DNA of 64,000 bases from Deltaproteobacteria bacterium (GCA_033763315.1 JANRKS010000001.1:160001-224000); one strand, 5' to 3'. Counted from the first letter of the stretch, positions 47,469 through 57,103 are shown. Notes: generated by a model from the letters alone, not told the origin. Numbers and translations: made by a program.

Positions 47469-48956
47469 CTAGCTCCACACGTTTGTCTCGAGAACGTCCA
47501 GCATGCGTAGCGCGACAGAGCCTGAGGGATAACCGGCGGCTTCATAGACTTCCGGTGCGTGTTGTGTGGCTGTTGCACGGCGCAGTTGTGCAATCAATTG
47601 GCTCCGATCCCTGTCGATGAGAGCGCGTTCGCCATCGCTCAACTGCGGCCCGGCCCATGTGGCGATGGCGTGAGAAAGCGCGGCGTGTTTCAGCTCATCC
47701 TCGGCGATGCGGGCGAACACGGCCTTGGCGCGCGGATCAGAAGCGGCCTGCGCTTGGTAGGCCGCGACGAACGCACCGAAGGTTTCGCGCACGCAACCTT
47801 CCACGGCGTTCTCATGCGCCATGTCGAAGAGCGATTTCGGCGCGCGCCTCGGCACACGCACGTCTTGTGACGTGCCCCCCGCTCGTGCGGCAAGCTCAAA
47901 CACAACCGCCGCATGCCGCGTTTCATCTTCAGCGCTGCTTAAGGCCTCCGCAATCAAGCCATGGGGCGCGTTGAGACGCCGCAAATCTTCGGCCAGCATG
48001 TGAAAGGCCGGTATGGATGCGGCTTCAAGCCCAGCGCACTCCGACCAAAACTCTGCCAACGATCCCCACCTCGCCTGCGGGGCGTTTTGTGTGTCGCAGC
48101 CATCTGGAATGCGGCCGATGGCACACCCACTGCGCTTGGTTTCGATCACTTCGGTTGTGGGCGCAGCGCCGCTGTGAGGCACCTTGATTTTCAACCATGA
48201 GTCCGTTCCGCTGCACACGGCCTGAAACGCGACGACCGTAAAAGCATCGCCGTCGCATGTCACACCGGACCGTTTGTCGCTGCATTCCAAACTCGAAGCG
48301 GAAAAATACTGCGCTACAGCTGACGCCTCCGCGACTGTGTCGATGGGTGCCAAGAATTGCGCCAGCGCCTCGGCCGTCTTCATGATGGTGATGCCCTGTT
48401 CACTCTTCGCCAATAAGAATGACTCGCCGGGATCGCAGCCACCAAATTCACAACCTCCGTCAGGGATTTGCGACGGCGGACGAACGAACTGGCTGATGGC
48501 GTCGTTGATTTCGCTTTGACACTCTTGCGGTTGAGCTTCGTTGGCGCACGACCGGCCGTGTTCAAGTTGAATCGTTCGGCCGCGGCCCGTCGCCCAATAG
48601 CTCACACTTTTGGTGGGACGAAAGCGGGCAAAATCGGGCATCACCTGTTGCGGGTCACAGCCGAGCAAGCCCTGCGCTTCTTGGCAGATGGTCGGCGCGA
48701 CGCCTTTGCCGCCTTGCCCGCCACCAGCTTGCCCGCCTTGGCCACCGCTGCCAGGAACACCGGCCGTGCCTCCCGTGGGCCCTGAAATAGGGTCGCTCCC
48801 GCAGGCCGCGACACCCACGCCAATGCCAAGCCCTACCCCTATTGCCATTGCCTCTTGCAACGCGCGTTTGAGCACCCCTCGCAGGCGAATGGCTTGCTGT
48901 TCCTGTAGGGGAAGATCAGACAGAGTCGTTTGGGTCTTGTTCGGCGGTGTTGGCAT
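47469..48956 (-). CDS. Ferritin-like (diiron) domain lipoprotein
   Basis: Lipobox VAAC, Cys-rich N-domain, then LEAASIPAF, EDETRHA, ENAVEGCVRE and EDELKHA (two ExxH motifs). Confidence 0.8.
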   Translation of the reverse strand: MPTPPNKTQTTLSDLPLQEQQAIRLRGVLKRALQEAMAIGVGLGIGVGVAACGSDPISGPTGGTAGVPGSGGQGGQAGGGQGGKGVAPTICQEAQGLLGCDPQQVMPDFARFRPTKSVSYWATGRGRTIQLEHGRSCANEAQPQECQSEINDAISQFVRPPSQIPDGGCEFGGCDPGESFLLAKSEQGITIMKTAEALAQFLAPIDTVAEASAVAQYFSASSLECSDKRSGVTCDGDAFTVVAFQAVCSGTDSWLKIKVPHSGAAPTTEVIETKRSGCAIGRIPDGCDTQNAPQARWGSLAEFWSECAGLEAASIPAFHMLAEDLRRLNAPHGLIAEALSSAEDETRHAAVVFELAARAGGTSQDVRVPRRAPKSLFDMAHENAVEGCVRETFGAFVAAYQAQAASDPRAKAVFARIAEDELKHAALSHAIATWAGPQLSDGERALIDRDRSQLIAQLRRATATQHAPEVYEAAGYPSGSVALRMLDVLETNVWS

Positions 48957-49131
48957 CCATTGGTATTGTGCAATGGGTGGGCCAAGATAAATGCGCAGTT
49001 TCTGGATGTATTTGCTGCCCACGCGCACCAAATCTCTCGAATTGCCAAATGGCACCTGACATGAATGTCGCGAAGCCGTCACGCCGCTGCAACGCTATGG
49101 CTTACAAAGACGGCGCCTGTTCACTTGGTGC

Positions 49132-49161
49132 CAGCGGGCGCCTAAGAATACGCGCCCGCTG
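49132..49161 (-). terminator. Hairpin downstream of htpG
   Basis: 10-bp inverted repeat CAGCGGGCGC...GCGCCCGCTG. There is no clear T-tract on the minus strand. Confidence 0.45.
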
Positions 49162-49174
49162 TTGTGTTTACGCC

Positions 49175-51079
49175 TTACGCTCGCGCCATCAGCTCAGTCA
49201 CGAGCTTCGCGAACGCCGCCGGGTTCTCCAGGTGCCCGCCTTCTGCCAGCAACGCCTGCCCGTAAAGCAGCGTTGTTAGGTCCTTGAAGCCGCTGCTGTC
49301 TTTGTCGGATTTGCAGCGCTCTTGCAGCTTGAGCACAGCAGGGTGCGTGGGGTTGATCTCCAAAATGCGCTTGGTGCGCGGCACGTTTTGACCGGATAGG
49401 CGCATCAAGCGTTCCATTTGCGGCGTCATGTCGCCCTTGTCGGAGATAAGGCACGCCGCGGAGTTGGTGAGCCGATCGGAAAGGCGCACGTCTTTGACGT
49501 CGTCTTGCAAGGACGCGCGTACGGCGGAAAGCAAATCCGCGAACGTGGCTTTGTTCTCTTCCGTGGCCTTCTTGGCTTCTTCGCCTTCAGGCAGCTTCAC
49601 GTCGCTGCCGTCAGCGGCCACGAACTTCTTGCCGCCGAAGCCCTCGTGGTTGTCTTGCAGCCACATCTCATCAACCGGATCCGTGAAGATCAAAACGTCG
49701 ATGCCTTTGGCCTTAAACGCCTCGAGGTGCGGCGAATTCAAGGCCAAATCGGCCGTGGGGCTGGTGAGGTAATAGATCGCCTCTTGCTCGGGCTTGCACG
49801 CGTCAGCGTACTCCTGCAGCGAGATGAGCGAGCCGGTCTTCTGCACGGACGTGGCCAAAACCAAGTCCAAAACCTTCTCGTTGCGCTCGGGCGTGTGCAG
49901 CAGACCTTCCTTCAACACAGCACCGAATTCTTTCCACAGCGCTTCGTAACCCGCACGATCGTCGGTGAGCTTCTTGGCGAACCACTCCACCGTCTTCTTC
50001 ACCAGCTGCCGCTTGATAACGCGCACTTGCCCGTTGCTTTGCAGCACCTCGCGTGAAACGTTGAGCGGCAGATCTTCGGCGTCCACCACGCCCTTCACGA
50101 AGCGCAAGTAGTTGGGAAGCAGCTCCGTGCATTCGTCCAAGATGAAGATGCGTTTGACGTAAAGGTGCACGCCAGCGCGTGACATATCGGGGCGGAACAG
50201 ATCGCGAGGCGCCGTGGATGGCACAAACAGCAACGCGCGCGCCTCGATTGTGCCTTCGATCTTCGTCAGCACGCGGCCCGCGGGATCATGCCAATCATGC
50301 GTGAGGTGGCGGTAAAACTGCTGGTATTCCTCATCTGTCACTTCCTTTTCAGGACGCATCCAGATGGCCTTCATCGAGTTCAGCGTTTTGTCTTCAAACT
50401 CGATGGTCTTGTCGTCGCCGTCGCCGGTGGGCGCCTTGCGCTGTTGCGTGATGATGGGATACGCAACGAAGTCGGAATACTTTTGCACCAACTGGCGCAA
50501 CGTCCACGTGTTGGTGTAATCGCCGATGCCTTCGTCGTCGTTGGCAGGCTTTAACAACAAACTCACAGTGGTGCCCACGGGGGCGTCGTCCACAGTTTCG
50601 ATCGTATAGCTTCCGTCGCCCGTGGAAACCCACTTGTGCGCGAGCGTCGTGCCGGCCTTGCGCGACACCACGGTCACTTGATTGGCCACCAGGAAGCTCG
50701 AGTAAAAGCCCACGCCGAACTGACCGATCAAGTCAGGTCGCGATTGAGCGTCGCTCTTAGAAACTTGTTCCAAAAACTCTTTGGTGCCCGAGCGCGCGAT
50801 GGTGCCCAAGTTGTTGACCAAATCTTCCTTGGTCATGCCGATGCCATTGTCGCGGATGGAAAGCGTGCGCGTCGGCGTATCCACATCCAGACGAATATGC
50901 AGGTTGTCTTCGGCGATGGCCGGCTCGGTCAACGCGGCGAAGCGTCGCTTGTCTAAGGCATCCGACGCGTTCGAGATAAGCTCGCGCAGAAAGATGTCTT
51001 TGTTGGAATACAAGGAGTGGATCATCAGATCCAACAGCCGCTTCGTCTCGGCCTGGAAGTTGTGTGTTTCTTGCGACAT
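49175..51079 (-). CDS. htpG: Molecular chaperone HtpG (Hsp90)
   Basis: MSQETHNFQAE, YSNKDIFLRELISNASDA, IGQFGVGFYS, LPLNVSRE and LEINP. Confidence 0.97.
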   Translation of the reverse strand: MSQETHNFQAETKRLLDLMIHSLYSNKDIFLRELISNASDALDKRRFAALTEPAIAEDNLHIRLDVDTPTRTLSIRDNGIGMTKEDLVNNLGTIARSGTKEFLEQVSKSDAQSRPDLIGQFGVGFYSSFLVANQVTVVSRKAGTTLAHKWVSTGDGSYTIETVDDAPVGTTVSLLLKPANDDEGIGDYTNTWTLRQLVQKYSDFVAYPIITQQRKAPTGDGDDKTIEFEDKTLNSMKAIWMRPEKEVTDEEYQQFYRHLTHDWHDPAGRVLTKIEGTIEARALLFVPSTAPRDLFRPDMSRAGVHLYVKRIFILDECTELLPNYLRFVKGVVDAEDLPLNVSREVLQSNGQVRVIKRQLVKKTVEWFAKKLTDDRAGYEALWKEFGAVLKEGLLHTPERNEKVLDLVLATSVQKTGSLISLQEYADACKPEQEAIYYLTSPTADLALNSPHLEAFKAKGIDVLIFTDPVDEMWLQDNHEGFGGKKFVAADGSDVKLPEGEEAKKATEENKATFADLLSAVRASLQDDVKDVRLSDRLTNSAACLISDKGDMTPQMERLMRLSGQNVPRTKRILEINPTHPAVLKLQERCKSDKDSSGFKDLTTLLYGQALLAEGGHLENPAAFAKLVTELMARA

Positions 51080-51205
51080 GGTCCGAAAGGTTGTGCGGGT
51101 TATGACGCGTGGGCGTCGATGTGGCCTGCAGTGTAATGCAGGATTGTCCGTGGGCAAGGCCACGCCATGGGCAGCCCCGGCGAAGCCGCGTAGACTGTAG
51201 TCACC

Positions 51206-51757
51206 ATGAACGCGCCGTCTACTGGTCCTGTAAAAGAGCTTTGGTTGGTCCGGCATGGTCAAACCACCAGCAACCGCGATGGCCTTCTGGCCGGCTGGGA
51301 TGACGTGAGCCTCACAGAGGTGGGCGAAGCCCAAGCGCGCGCCTTGCGTGAACGTTTGGCGGGGGAGCTGTTCGATCAAGCCTGGTCGTCAGATTTGTTA
51401 AGGGCGGTGCGCACGGCGGAGCTGGGGTATGGGCCCGTGCCCGCGGACCGGCGGCTGCGTGAAATCGATTTTGGTGAGCTGGATCGTTTGCCGTGGACCA
51501 CCTTGGCCACAGAACACAAAGACGCGCTTTTGGCGTTCGATGGCTTCGTAGCACCGGGGGGCGAATCGCTAATGCAGCTTGAGGAGCGTGTGGTGGGCTT
51601 CATTGATGAATTGCCGCCTGGCCGTCATCTCTTGTTCACCCACGGCGGCGTCATCCGTTTGTTGTGTCACCGGTTGGGCCAGCCCGAATTCGTGCAGCCA
51701 GGTACGATCACGGTCATCGATTGGCATACCCGCACGTTACTTCGACGAAGCGCGTGA
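51206..51757 (+). CDS. Histidine phosphatase family protein
   Basis: LVRHGQT, SSDLLRA, LREIDFG, PGGES and FTHGG. Confidence 0.92.
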   Translation: MNAPSTGPVKELWLVRHGQTTSNRDGLLAGWDDVSLTEVGEAQARALRERLAGELFDQAWSSDLLRAVRTAELGYGPVPADRRLREIDFGELDRLPWTTLATEHKDALLAFDGFVAPGGESLMQLEERVVGFIDELPPGRHLLFTHGGVIRLLCHRLGQPEFVQPGTITVIDWHTRTLLRRSA

Positions 51758-51791
51758 TTGACGCGCCTGCCAGGGTGCTTCCGTGGTACAC

Positions 51792-52535
51792 ATGCGAAGT
51801 TTTCAGGTTGGCCGCATCTTCGGTTTCCCGATCAAGGTGAACTTATCGTTCTTGATTTTGCTCGGCGCCGTGTGGCTGTGGTTTGGCGGCTTGCCAGGCG
51901 TGGCTTTGATGGCCGTGGCGTTCACCAGCGTGGTGGCGCACGAGTTGGGGCACGCCTTGGTGGCGCGGCAGCTTGGCGTTCGGACGAAGGAAATCGAACT
52001 TGGTTTTCTCGGCGGTGCGGCGAAGATCTTAGACCTGCCCCGCCGCCCTGGCGACGAGATCGCCATCGCCGCCGCTGGCCCCGCCGTATCGTTTGCTCTT
52101 GCAGGCCTAAGCTACGCCGTGGCTTCGTTGATTGATAGCTCCGCGCTCGCCTGGGTCGCGATCATCAACTTGGGCATCGCTCTCTTCAATTTGGTGCCCG
52201 CCTTGCCCATGGACGGGGGCCGCATCTTGCGCGCGCTGCTGTCGATGCGCATGGGTTATGGATCTGCCACCCGCGTGGCGGTGAAGGTAGCGCGCGGTTT
52301 GGCGTTGGTGTTGGGCGGCGTGGGCCTTGTGACCTTGCACCTGCAACTGGTGGCAGTAGCGTTCTTCGTGTGGCTCGCCAGTGGCGCCGAATTGCGCGCT
52401 GCGCGCTTTGTGAATCCGTATGCGGATCACGAAACGCCCGTGGCTGTGGAATACATTCCGCCGCAAGCGTGGCCACCCAAACCGCAGCCGCCGTTTGCGC
52501 GCGGCCCGGTGCGCGTGGTTGTGTTTCGCACTTAA
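51792..52535 (+). CDS. Site-2 protease (peptidase M50)
   Basis: HELGH, AAAGP and FNLVPALPMDGGR. Confidence 0.92.
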   Translation: MRSFQVGRIFGFPIKVNLSFLILLGAVWLWFGGLPGVALMAVAFTSVVAHELGHALVARQLGVRTKEIELGFLGGAAKILDLPRRPGDEIAIAAAGPAVSFALAGLSYAVASLIDSSALAWVAIINLGIALFNLVPALPMDGGRILRALLSMRMGYGSATRVAVKVARGLALVLGGVGLVTLHLQLVAVAFFVWLASGAELRAARFVNPYADHETPVAVEYIPPQAWPPKPQPPFARGPVRVVVFRT

Positions 52536-52625
52536 AGAACGGGCAACACACGACCAGCGCTCAAGTCGTCTTCCAGCTGAGCGCGTCCCGATGCGTTCTG
52601 CACTCCGCAAGTGGCGAACGCTGTT

Positions 52626-53024
52626 TCAGCGCAGCCGAACCGACCATTGCCCTTCGAAGAACAGCCACGATCCGGTTTCGTTGACCCACTGAGGTGCAAC
52701 CCAAACCACATTCTGCTCGGGCGGCATACTCCACATGCCTGAAACCCAAACGTGGCGATCATTGGTCCACGCCCAATACCCAGGCACCCAGATATGCCGT
52801 GGCGAAGGCGCCTCAGGCCGGCGCTCCACCACGGGCGCGGGCGGCGCCACCTCCACCTTGTACTTCGCTTTTCGCGCTTGCCCGGGGGGCGTACCTCCCT
52901 TAGGGCCGCCGCCTTTGTGAGGCTTCTGCTTGTGTTTGGGGCCGCCCGCAGAGACCCGGCTTACAGGCAATGCAATGAGCGCACAGGTTGAAACAAGGCT
53001 TTGCAAGACGCGGCGTCGGTCCAT
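52626..53024 (-). CDS. YXWGXW/WxxGxW-repeat exported protein
   Basis: RRR leader plus signal peptide, PPGQARK, and WVPGYW, WVSGMW, WVAPQW repeats. Confidence 0.8.
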   Translation of the reverse strand: MDRRRVLQSLVSTCALIALPVSRVSAGGPKHKQKPHKGGGPKGGTPPGQARKAKYKVEVAPPAPVVERRPEAPSPRHIWVPGYWAWTNDRHVWVSGMWSMPPEQNVVWVAPQWVNETGSWLFFEGQWSVRLR

Positions 53025-53078
53025 GGCTCTACCGTATCGGCGGCGCACAAGCCGAGCTCAAGCTTGATCTGCACCTTG

Positions 53079-54578
53079 TTAAAGTTGGGGCGCAAGCAAG
53101 CGCGCAAAGGAGGCCACAAGACGCGGAACAAACGGCGATTTTGCTTCGTGACGTTTCTGCAAAGTAGCGTGCGCCAGGTCGGCCTCAAAAGCGCGAGCCA
53201 AATCAGTCACGCAGGATCCCCCGTAAAACGCCGCGATAACCTCGAAGTTCAACCTGAAGCTGCGGTTGTCGAGGTTGGCCGTGCCCACGATGGCCAAGGC
53301 GTTGTCGACGACAGCGGTCTTCGCATGTAACATTGCCGGCTCGTAAAGATAGATGCGCGCACCGGCATCCAAAAGCTGGTCGTGAAACGTGCGGCCGGCC
53401 GCGTCTACCAGTGCTGAATCGGTGCGCCGAGGCAGCAGCAACCTCACATCGACGCCACGTTCGGCCGCACTCGCAATGGCCGCCAAGATCGCTTCGCCAG
53501 GCACAAAGTATGGTGTGGTCAACCATAGGCGTTCGTGCGCACTTGTGATTGCGGCGAAGTAGAAAGCTTCGATGGCATACGTGTTTCCGTCAGGGCCCGA
53601 AGCCACGATCTGAGTTGTCTGCGTGGTTTTGGCTGACGTGTTGGTGGCCTCGTCTGTGTTCTGGGCAAACGCCGCGATGTCTGATAGTTCAGATCCGGGT
53701 GGGGTGGGCGGAAAGTACAACGCAAACTGATCAGCTTGCTTGCACCCGAGATCGTCGCCGGTGGTGAAGACCCAGTTTTCAAGAAACGTTGCCTGTAAGC
53801 CATGTACGGCGGGTCCAGCCATCTTGACGTGGGTGTCGCGCCAAGCCGCCTTGCCGCACGCGCGGAAGCTGTGGTGATCTGTGACATTCATGCCGCCGGT
53901 GAATCCGATGATGCCATCGATAACCACGATCTTGCGGTGCGTGCGAAAATTCATCAACCGCCGCCACAAGCGGAATATCCGCACACCATTAAAGATGCGA
54001 ACCTCAACGCCCGCTTCGCGCATCCGGCGCATGGCCGGCCGGCGCAAGCGAGCGCCGACAGAATCAACAAGAAGCCGAACGCGCAACCCTGCCTTGGCGC
54101 GTTCGACGAGGGCATTCACGATCCGTTGGCCCGTTTGGTCGTCACGAAAGATGAAATACTCAAGGTGCACATGGTGTCGTGCGCCCGAAATGGCTTCAAC
54201 CAAAGCGTCGTAACACGAGTCGCCGTCGAGAAAGAGTTTTACGTCGTGAGCCACTTCAGGCGGCAGGCTCGATAGGTGCGCGCCGACGCGCATCAGTTGA
54301 CCCTGCATCGATAGCAGATCTGCCTTGGCCTTCTTCCAGAGGCTCAAGATGCTGCCAATTCGCTTGCGCGCCAAACCAAGTCGAAACTTCTTACGCTCCA
54401 GCCGACGTGGCCCTACAAACAAGTAGATGGGCGCTCCCAAGAGCGGCAGCGCCCCCAGCAACACAATCCAGGCCAGCGTCGCTGTTGGCGAGCGCCGTTC
54501 AAGCACAACGTATACAGAGATCCCGATAACCCAAACGATTTCGGCAACCAGAAGTATCGGCGCCCACGGAACATTCAT
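53079..54578 (-). CDS. cls: Cardiolipin synthase
   Basis: Two N-terminal TM helices, two HKD motifs (HRKIVVIDG, HAKTAVVD), TPYFVP and NLDNRSFRLNFE. Confidence 0.93.
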   Translation of the reverse strand: MNVPWAPILLVAEIVWVIGISVYVVLERRSPTATLAWIVLLGALPLLGAPIYLFVGPRRLERKKFRLGLARKRIGSILSLWKKAKADLLSMQGQLMRVGAHLSSLPPEVAHDVKLFLDGDSCYDALVEAISGARHHVHLEYFIFRDDQTGQRIVNALVERAKAGLRVRLLVDSVGARLRRPAMRRMREAGVEVRIFNGVRIFRLWRRLMNFRTHRKIVVIDGIIGFTGGMNVTDHHSFRACGKAAWRDTHVKMAGPAVHGLQATFLENWVFTTGDDLGCKQADQFALYFPPTPPGSELSDIAAFAQNTDEATNTSAKTTQTTQIVASGPDGNTYAIEAFYFAAITSAHERLWLTTPYFVPGEAILAAIASAAERGVDVRLLLPRRTDSALVDAAGRTFHDQLLDAGARIYLYEPAMLHAKTAVVDNALAIVGTANLDNRSFRLNFEVIAAFYGGSCVTDLARAFEADLAHATLQKRHEAKSPFVPRLVASFARLLAPQL

Positions 54579-54605
54579 TGGGACGACTGTAACAATTTTT
54601 CACCT

Positions 54606-55271
54606 TCACCACGGCAGCGTTTGGCCGTTGGCGTGAAGAAATCTGCCAGTGGTGGCGAGTGTGGTTTCGTCGATGCGTGCCAATAAGCCCCGTGCCGAAT
54701 CGATGGGTTCAACTTGGCCGTGATCACCGGTCATGTCTGTTTTCACCATGCCCGGATGCAGGATCACCACGGCGACGTTTGCGGCTTTGAGATCCTCGGC
54801 CATCGATTTGCCAGCCATATTCAGCGCCGCCTTGCTCATGCGGTATCCATAGGCGCCACCCGATGTATTGTCGTCGATCGAGCCCATGCGGCTGGTGATC
54901 AACGCCACCTTGCTGCCGGGGTGCAGGTTCTTTCGCAACGCCGCCGTCACACGCAAAGGCCCAAGCGCATTGACTTGAAATTGGCGTTCAATGTCCTCGA
55001 ACTTAGGTGATTCAAGCGAATCGCCCCACACCAAGATCCCAGCGTTGTTGATCAAGAGATCCACGGGGCGATTGCCCACGGCGGATGCCAACGCGCTGAC
55101 CCCTGCAGCGGTGGCAACGTCGATGCCCTCAATCACCTCCACCTGCAATGCAGCAAGCGCGGCAGAAGGCTTGCGGCATGTGGCGATCACGTTATCACCG
55201 CGCTGCTTAAGCAGCGTTGCCAACGCCAACCCAATACCCCGATTTGCACCCGTTACCACCGTTGTTGTCAT
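54606..55271 (-). CDS. Short-chain dehydrogenase, CsgA (C-factor)-like
   Basis: TGANRGIG, LINNAG, NALGPLRVT, TSRMGSIDDNTSGGAYGYRMSKAALNM, HPG..KTDM and terminal LPW. Confidence 0.88.
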   Translation of the reverse strand: MTTTVVTGANRGIGLALATLLKQRGDNVIATCRKPSAALAALQVEVIEGIDVATAAGVSALASAVGNRPVDLLINNAGILVWGDSLESPKFEDIERQFQVNALGPLRVTAALRKNLHPGSKVALITSRMGSIDDNTSGGAYGYRMSKAALNMAGKSMAEDLKAANVAVVILHPGMVKTDMTGDHGQVEPIDSARGLLARIDETTLATTGRFLHANGQTLPW

Positions 55272-55518
55272 GCGCGATAGGATGGCCAGGGTTTGAGGCG
55301 GGCGCAAGGCGAGGGGTTGTTCGCCGCCCAACACGTTGTTACTGTTCGACACTTTGATACATAAACGTTCTTTGTCTCGGGGATGCAGCCGTCAGAAGTA
55401 CGTCCAGAAGCACGTCTTGATGTCTCGTAGTAACACGGCGCGCTTACGGGGCTGCTGCTCTGCGCTCTTGGCAGCAGATTCGAATGCCGATGTTGGTTTT
55501 GATGAGGAAGGGCCACAA

Positions 55519-55550
55519 GTAGCAAGGTTGCTACGTAGCATGATTGCTAC
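55519..55550. promoter_or_regulatory. Tandem pair of 16-bp palindromes GTAGCA-N4-TGCTAC
   Basis: GTAGCAAGGTTGCTAC is immediately followed by GTAGCATGATTGCTAC in an intergenic region. Confidence 0.6.
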
Positions 55551-55577
55551 CTAGAGTTCTTAGGCGGCTGCTGTCGT

Positions 55578-56063
55578 CTATCTTTCAATCTCATCTCGGC
55601 CCACAAACTCAAGCGCCATCTCCTTGCCACAGGCCACAAAGCCTGCGCGCTCATAAACGGGGCGCGCCCGCGGCTCGGCGTGTAACGAGAGGCGGCAGCA
55701 AAGGGCAGCCTGCGCGGCAGTGATGACGGCATCAAGCAAACGCGCAGCGATGCCACACCCTCGCCACGCCGGCAGCGTGTACATGTTCATGATGTAACCT
55801 TCGCGGCCGTTGAAGTTCGAATACGAGGGCGGCTTCCGCAGAACCACGAGGCCGCTTGTTGCCACGACACGGTTCTCGTGGCGTGCAAGATGAGCGACGA
55901 ATTCTCCCGTTGGGACCGAGTGGCTAAAATAGGCGCGCAGTTCGCTTTGCAATGAGGCTGGCGCAGGGGCGCCGTTGACCTCTTCGAGAAACGCAAGTCG
56001 CATCGCGACCAAAGTCTCGATGTCATCAGGCGTGGCGGGAGAGAATGAGAGTGAGCCGAACAT
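55578..56063 (-). CDS. GNAT-family N-acetyltransferase
   Basis: ATPDDIETL, YIMNMYTLPAWRGCGIA and VYERAGF. Confidence 0.9.
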   Translation of the reverse strand: MFGSLSFSPATPDDIETLVAMRLAFLEEVNGAPAPASLQSELRAYFSHSVPTGEFVAHLARHENRVVATSGLVVLRKPPSYSNFNGREGYIMNMYTLPAWRGCGIAARLLDAVITAAQAALCCRLSLHAEPRARPVYERAGFVACGKEMALEFVGRDEIER

Positions 56064-56078
56064 GTTGGTGGAGAGCAC

Positions 56079-56235
56079 TATAGGCCGTCGTCACAGCAAT
56101 CCAACATCCAGCCACCTAGATCTTCCGGCGGGACAGACCTGAACAGGGACGCTTCGCTCAGAAATTACGGGCGAACCTCCGCAGCCATGCCCCATGCACG
56201 ATCAGCTGTTCGAGGGGGAGCTTCCGCGTATTCAT
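56079..56235 (-). pseudogene. Possible degraded ECF sigma factor fragment
   Basis: ATG 56235 gives MNTRKLPLEQLIVHGAWLRRFARNF*. A shifted frame continues LSEASLFRSVPPEDLGGWM, which resembles sigma region 2 pieces. Confidence 0.3.
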
Positions 56236-56386
56236 AAATGTGACAACGTCACTGCCGACGTTTGTGTTGGCGAGAATAGCGCCAATGGGCATTTAAAGGC
56301 AGGTTGATGGCAGCCCTCAGGCCACCCTGGCAAAAGCACCGCCAGAACAATGACGCTCGAATATCTTGCGACGGCCCCCAAAAAAA

Positions 56387-56415
56387 TGAGCCCTGGAATG
56401 GACGGCGGGGCCCTT
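56387..56415 (+). promoter_or_regulatory. Putative ECF promoter, cassette 2 (TGAGCC-N17-GCCC), upstream of the sigma gene
   Basis: TGAGCC at 56387-56392 and GCCCTT at 56410-56415. The same spacing recurs at 60616-60645. Confidence 0.6.
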
Positions 56416-56455
56416 CAACAGAGGCCTCCGTGCGTTTGCACGCTTTGGGCCTACA

Positions 56456-57103
56456 ATGAACGCTCTGGTCATGTCCAACGCTCCCCCCCGAATGGCCCTG
56501 GTCCCCCCGGCCCGGGTCGATGATCTCGATCAGGATGCGGCGTTGGCGCAGGCCGCCCTGGCGGGGTTGCCGGGCGCTCACAGGGCTTTGTGGGAGCGGT
56601 TCGTTCCCATGGTACGGCGGATGATCAGGCGCCAGCTGGGCCCCACTTCCAACAGTGACGTCGACGATGTGATTCAGGATGTCTTTGCGCTGGTGTTCCG
56701 CGATCTGAGGAACTTGCGTGAGCCCCGTGCCCTCTGCGGCTTCGTCGCAACTTTGACCGTGCACGCTGTGCGGCATGAGCTTCGCCGCCGCAAGTTGCGT
56801 CGCTTGGTGAGCCTCACATCCACGGGGCATGCGCCCGATGTTGAATCCGCAGACGCAGATCCCGTGGCCCGCTTGGCCCTTCACCGTCTTTATTCGGCGC
56901 TTGAGCGCTTCAAGGTGGTTGATCGGATGATCTTCGTCCTTCGTTATGTGGAGGGGCATGATGTGCTTGAGGTAGCCGCCGCCTTGGATCTTTCGCCGGC
57001 CACCGTGAAAAGACGAGCGGCGCACGTGTCAGAACGCCTATCCAAAGTGGTTGCCAACGATCGGTTCTTGATCGATTACCTGCAGCAGGACGGCGGGCAA
57101 TGA
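56456..57103 (+). CDS. ECF RNA polymerase sigma factor (cassette 2)
   Basis: LWERFVPMVRR...DVDDVIQDVF, then DRMIFVLRYVEG...SPATVKRR. Confidence 0.9.
   Translation: MNALVMSNAPPRMALVPPARVDDLDQDAALAQAALAGLPGAHRALWERFVPMVRRMIRRQLGPTSNSDVDDVIQDVFALVFRDLRNLREPRALCGFVATLTVHAVRHELRRRKLRRLVSLTSTGHAPDVESADADPVARLALHRLYSALERFKVVDRMIFVLRYVEGHDVLEVAAALDLSPATVKRRAAHVSERLSKVVANDRFLIDYLQQDGGQ

Noticed and set aside
51080-51379. N-terminal extensions in the ORF track (htpG to 51379; also 3292, 8729, 21181, 22559, 60590)
   Set aside because: They overlap neighbouring genes or promoters. Conserved N-termini or signal peptides begin at the downstream starts used.
55268-55554. Small ORFs in the SDR-GNAT gap as an antitoxin gene
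   Set aside because: No frame gives a recognisable RHH or toxin sequence.
56239-56254. CRP-like site TGTGA...TCAC
   Set aside because: The spacer is 5 bp rather than 6, so it is kept only as a generic palindrome.
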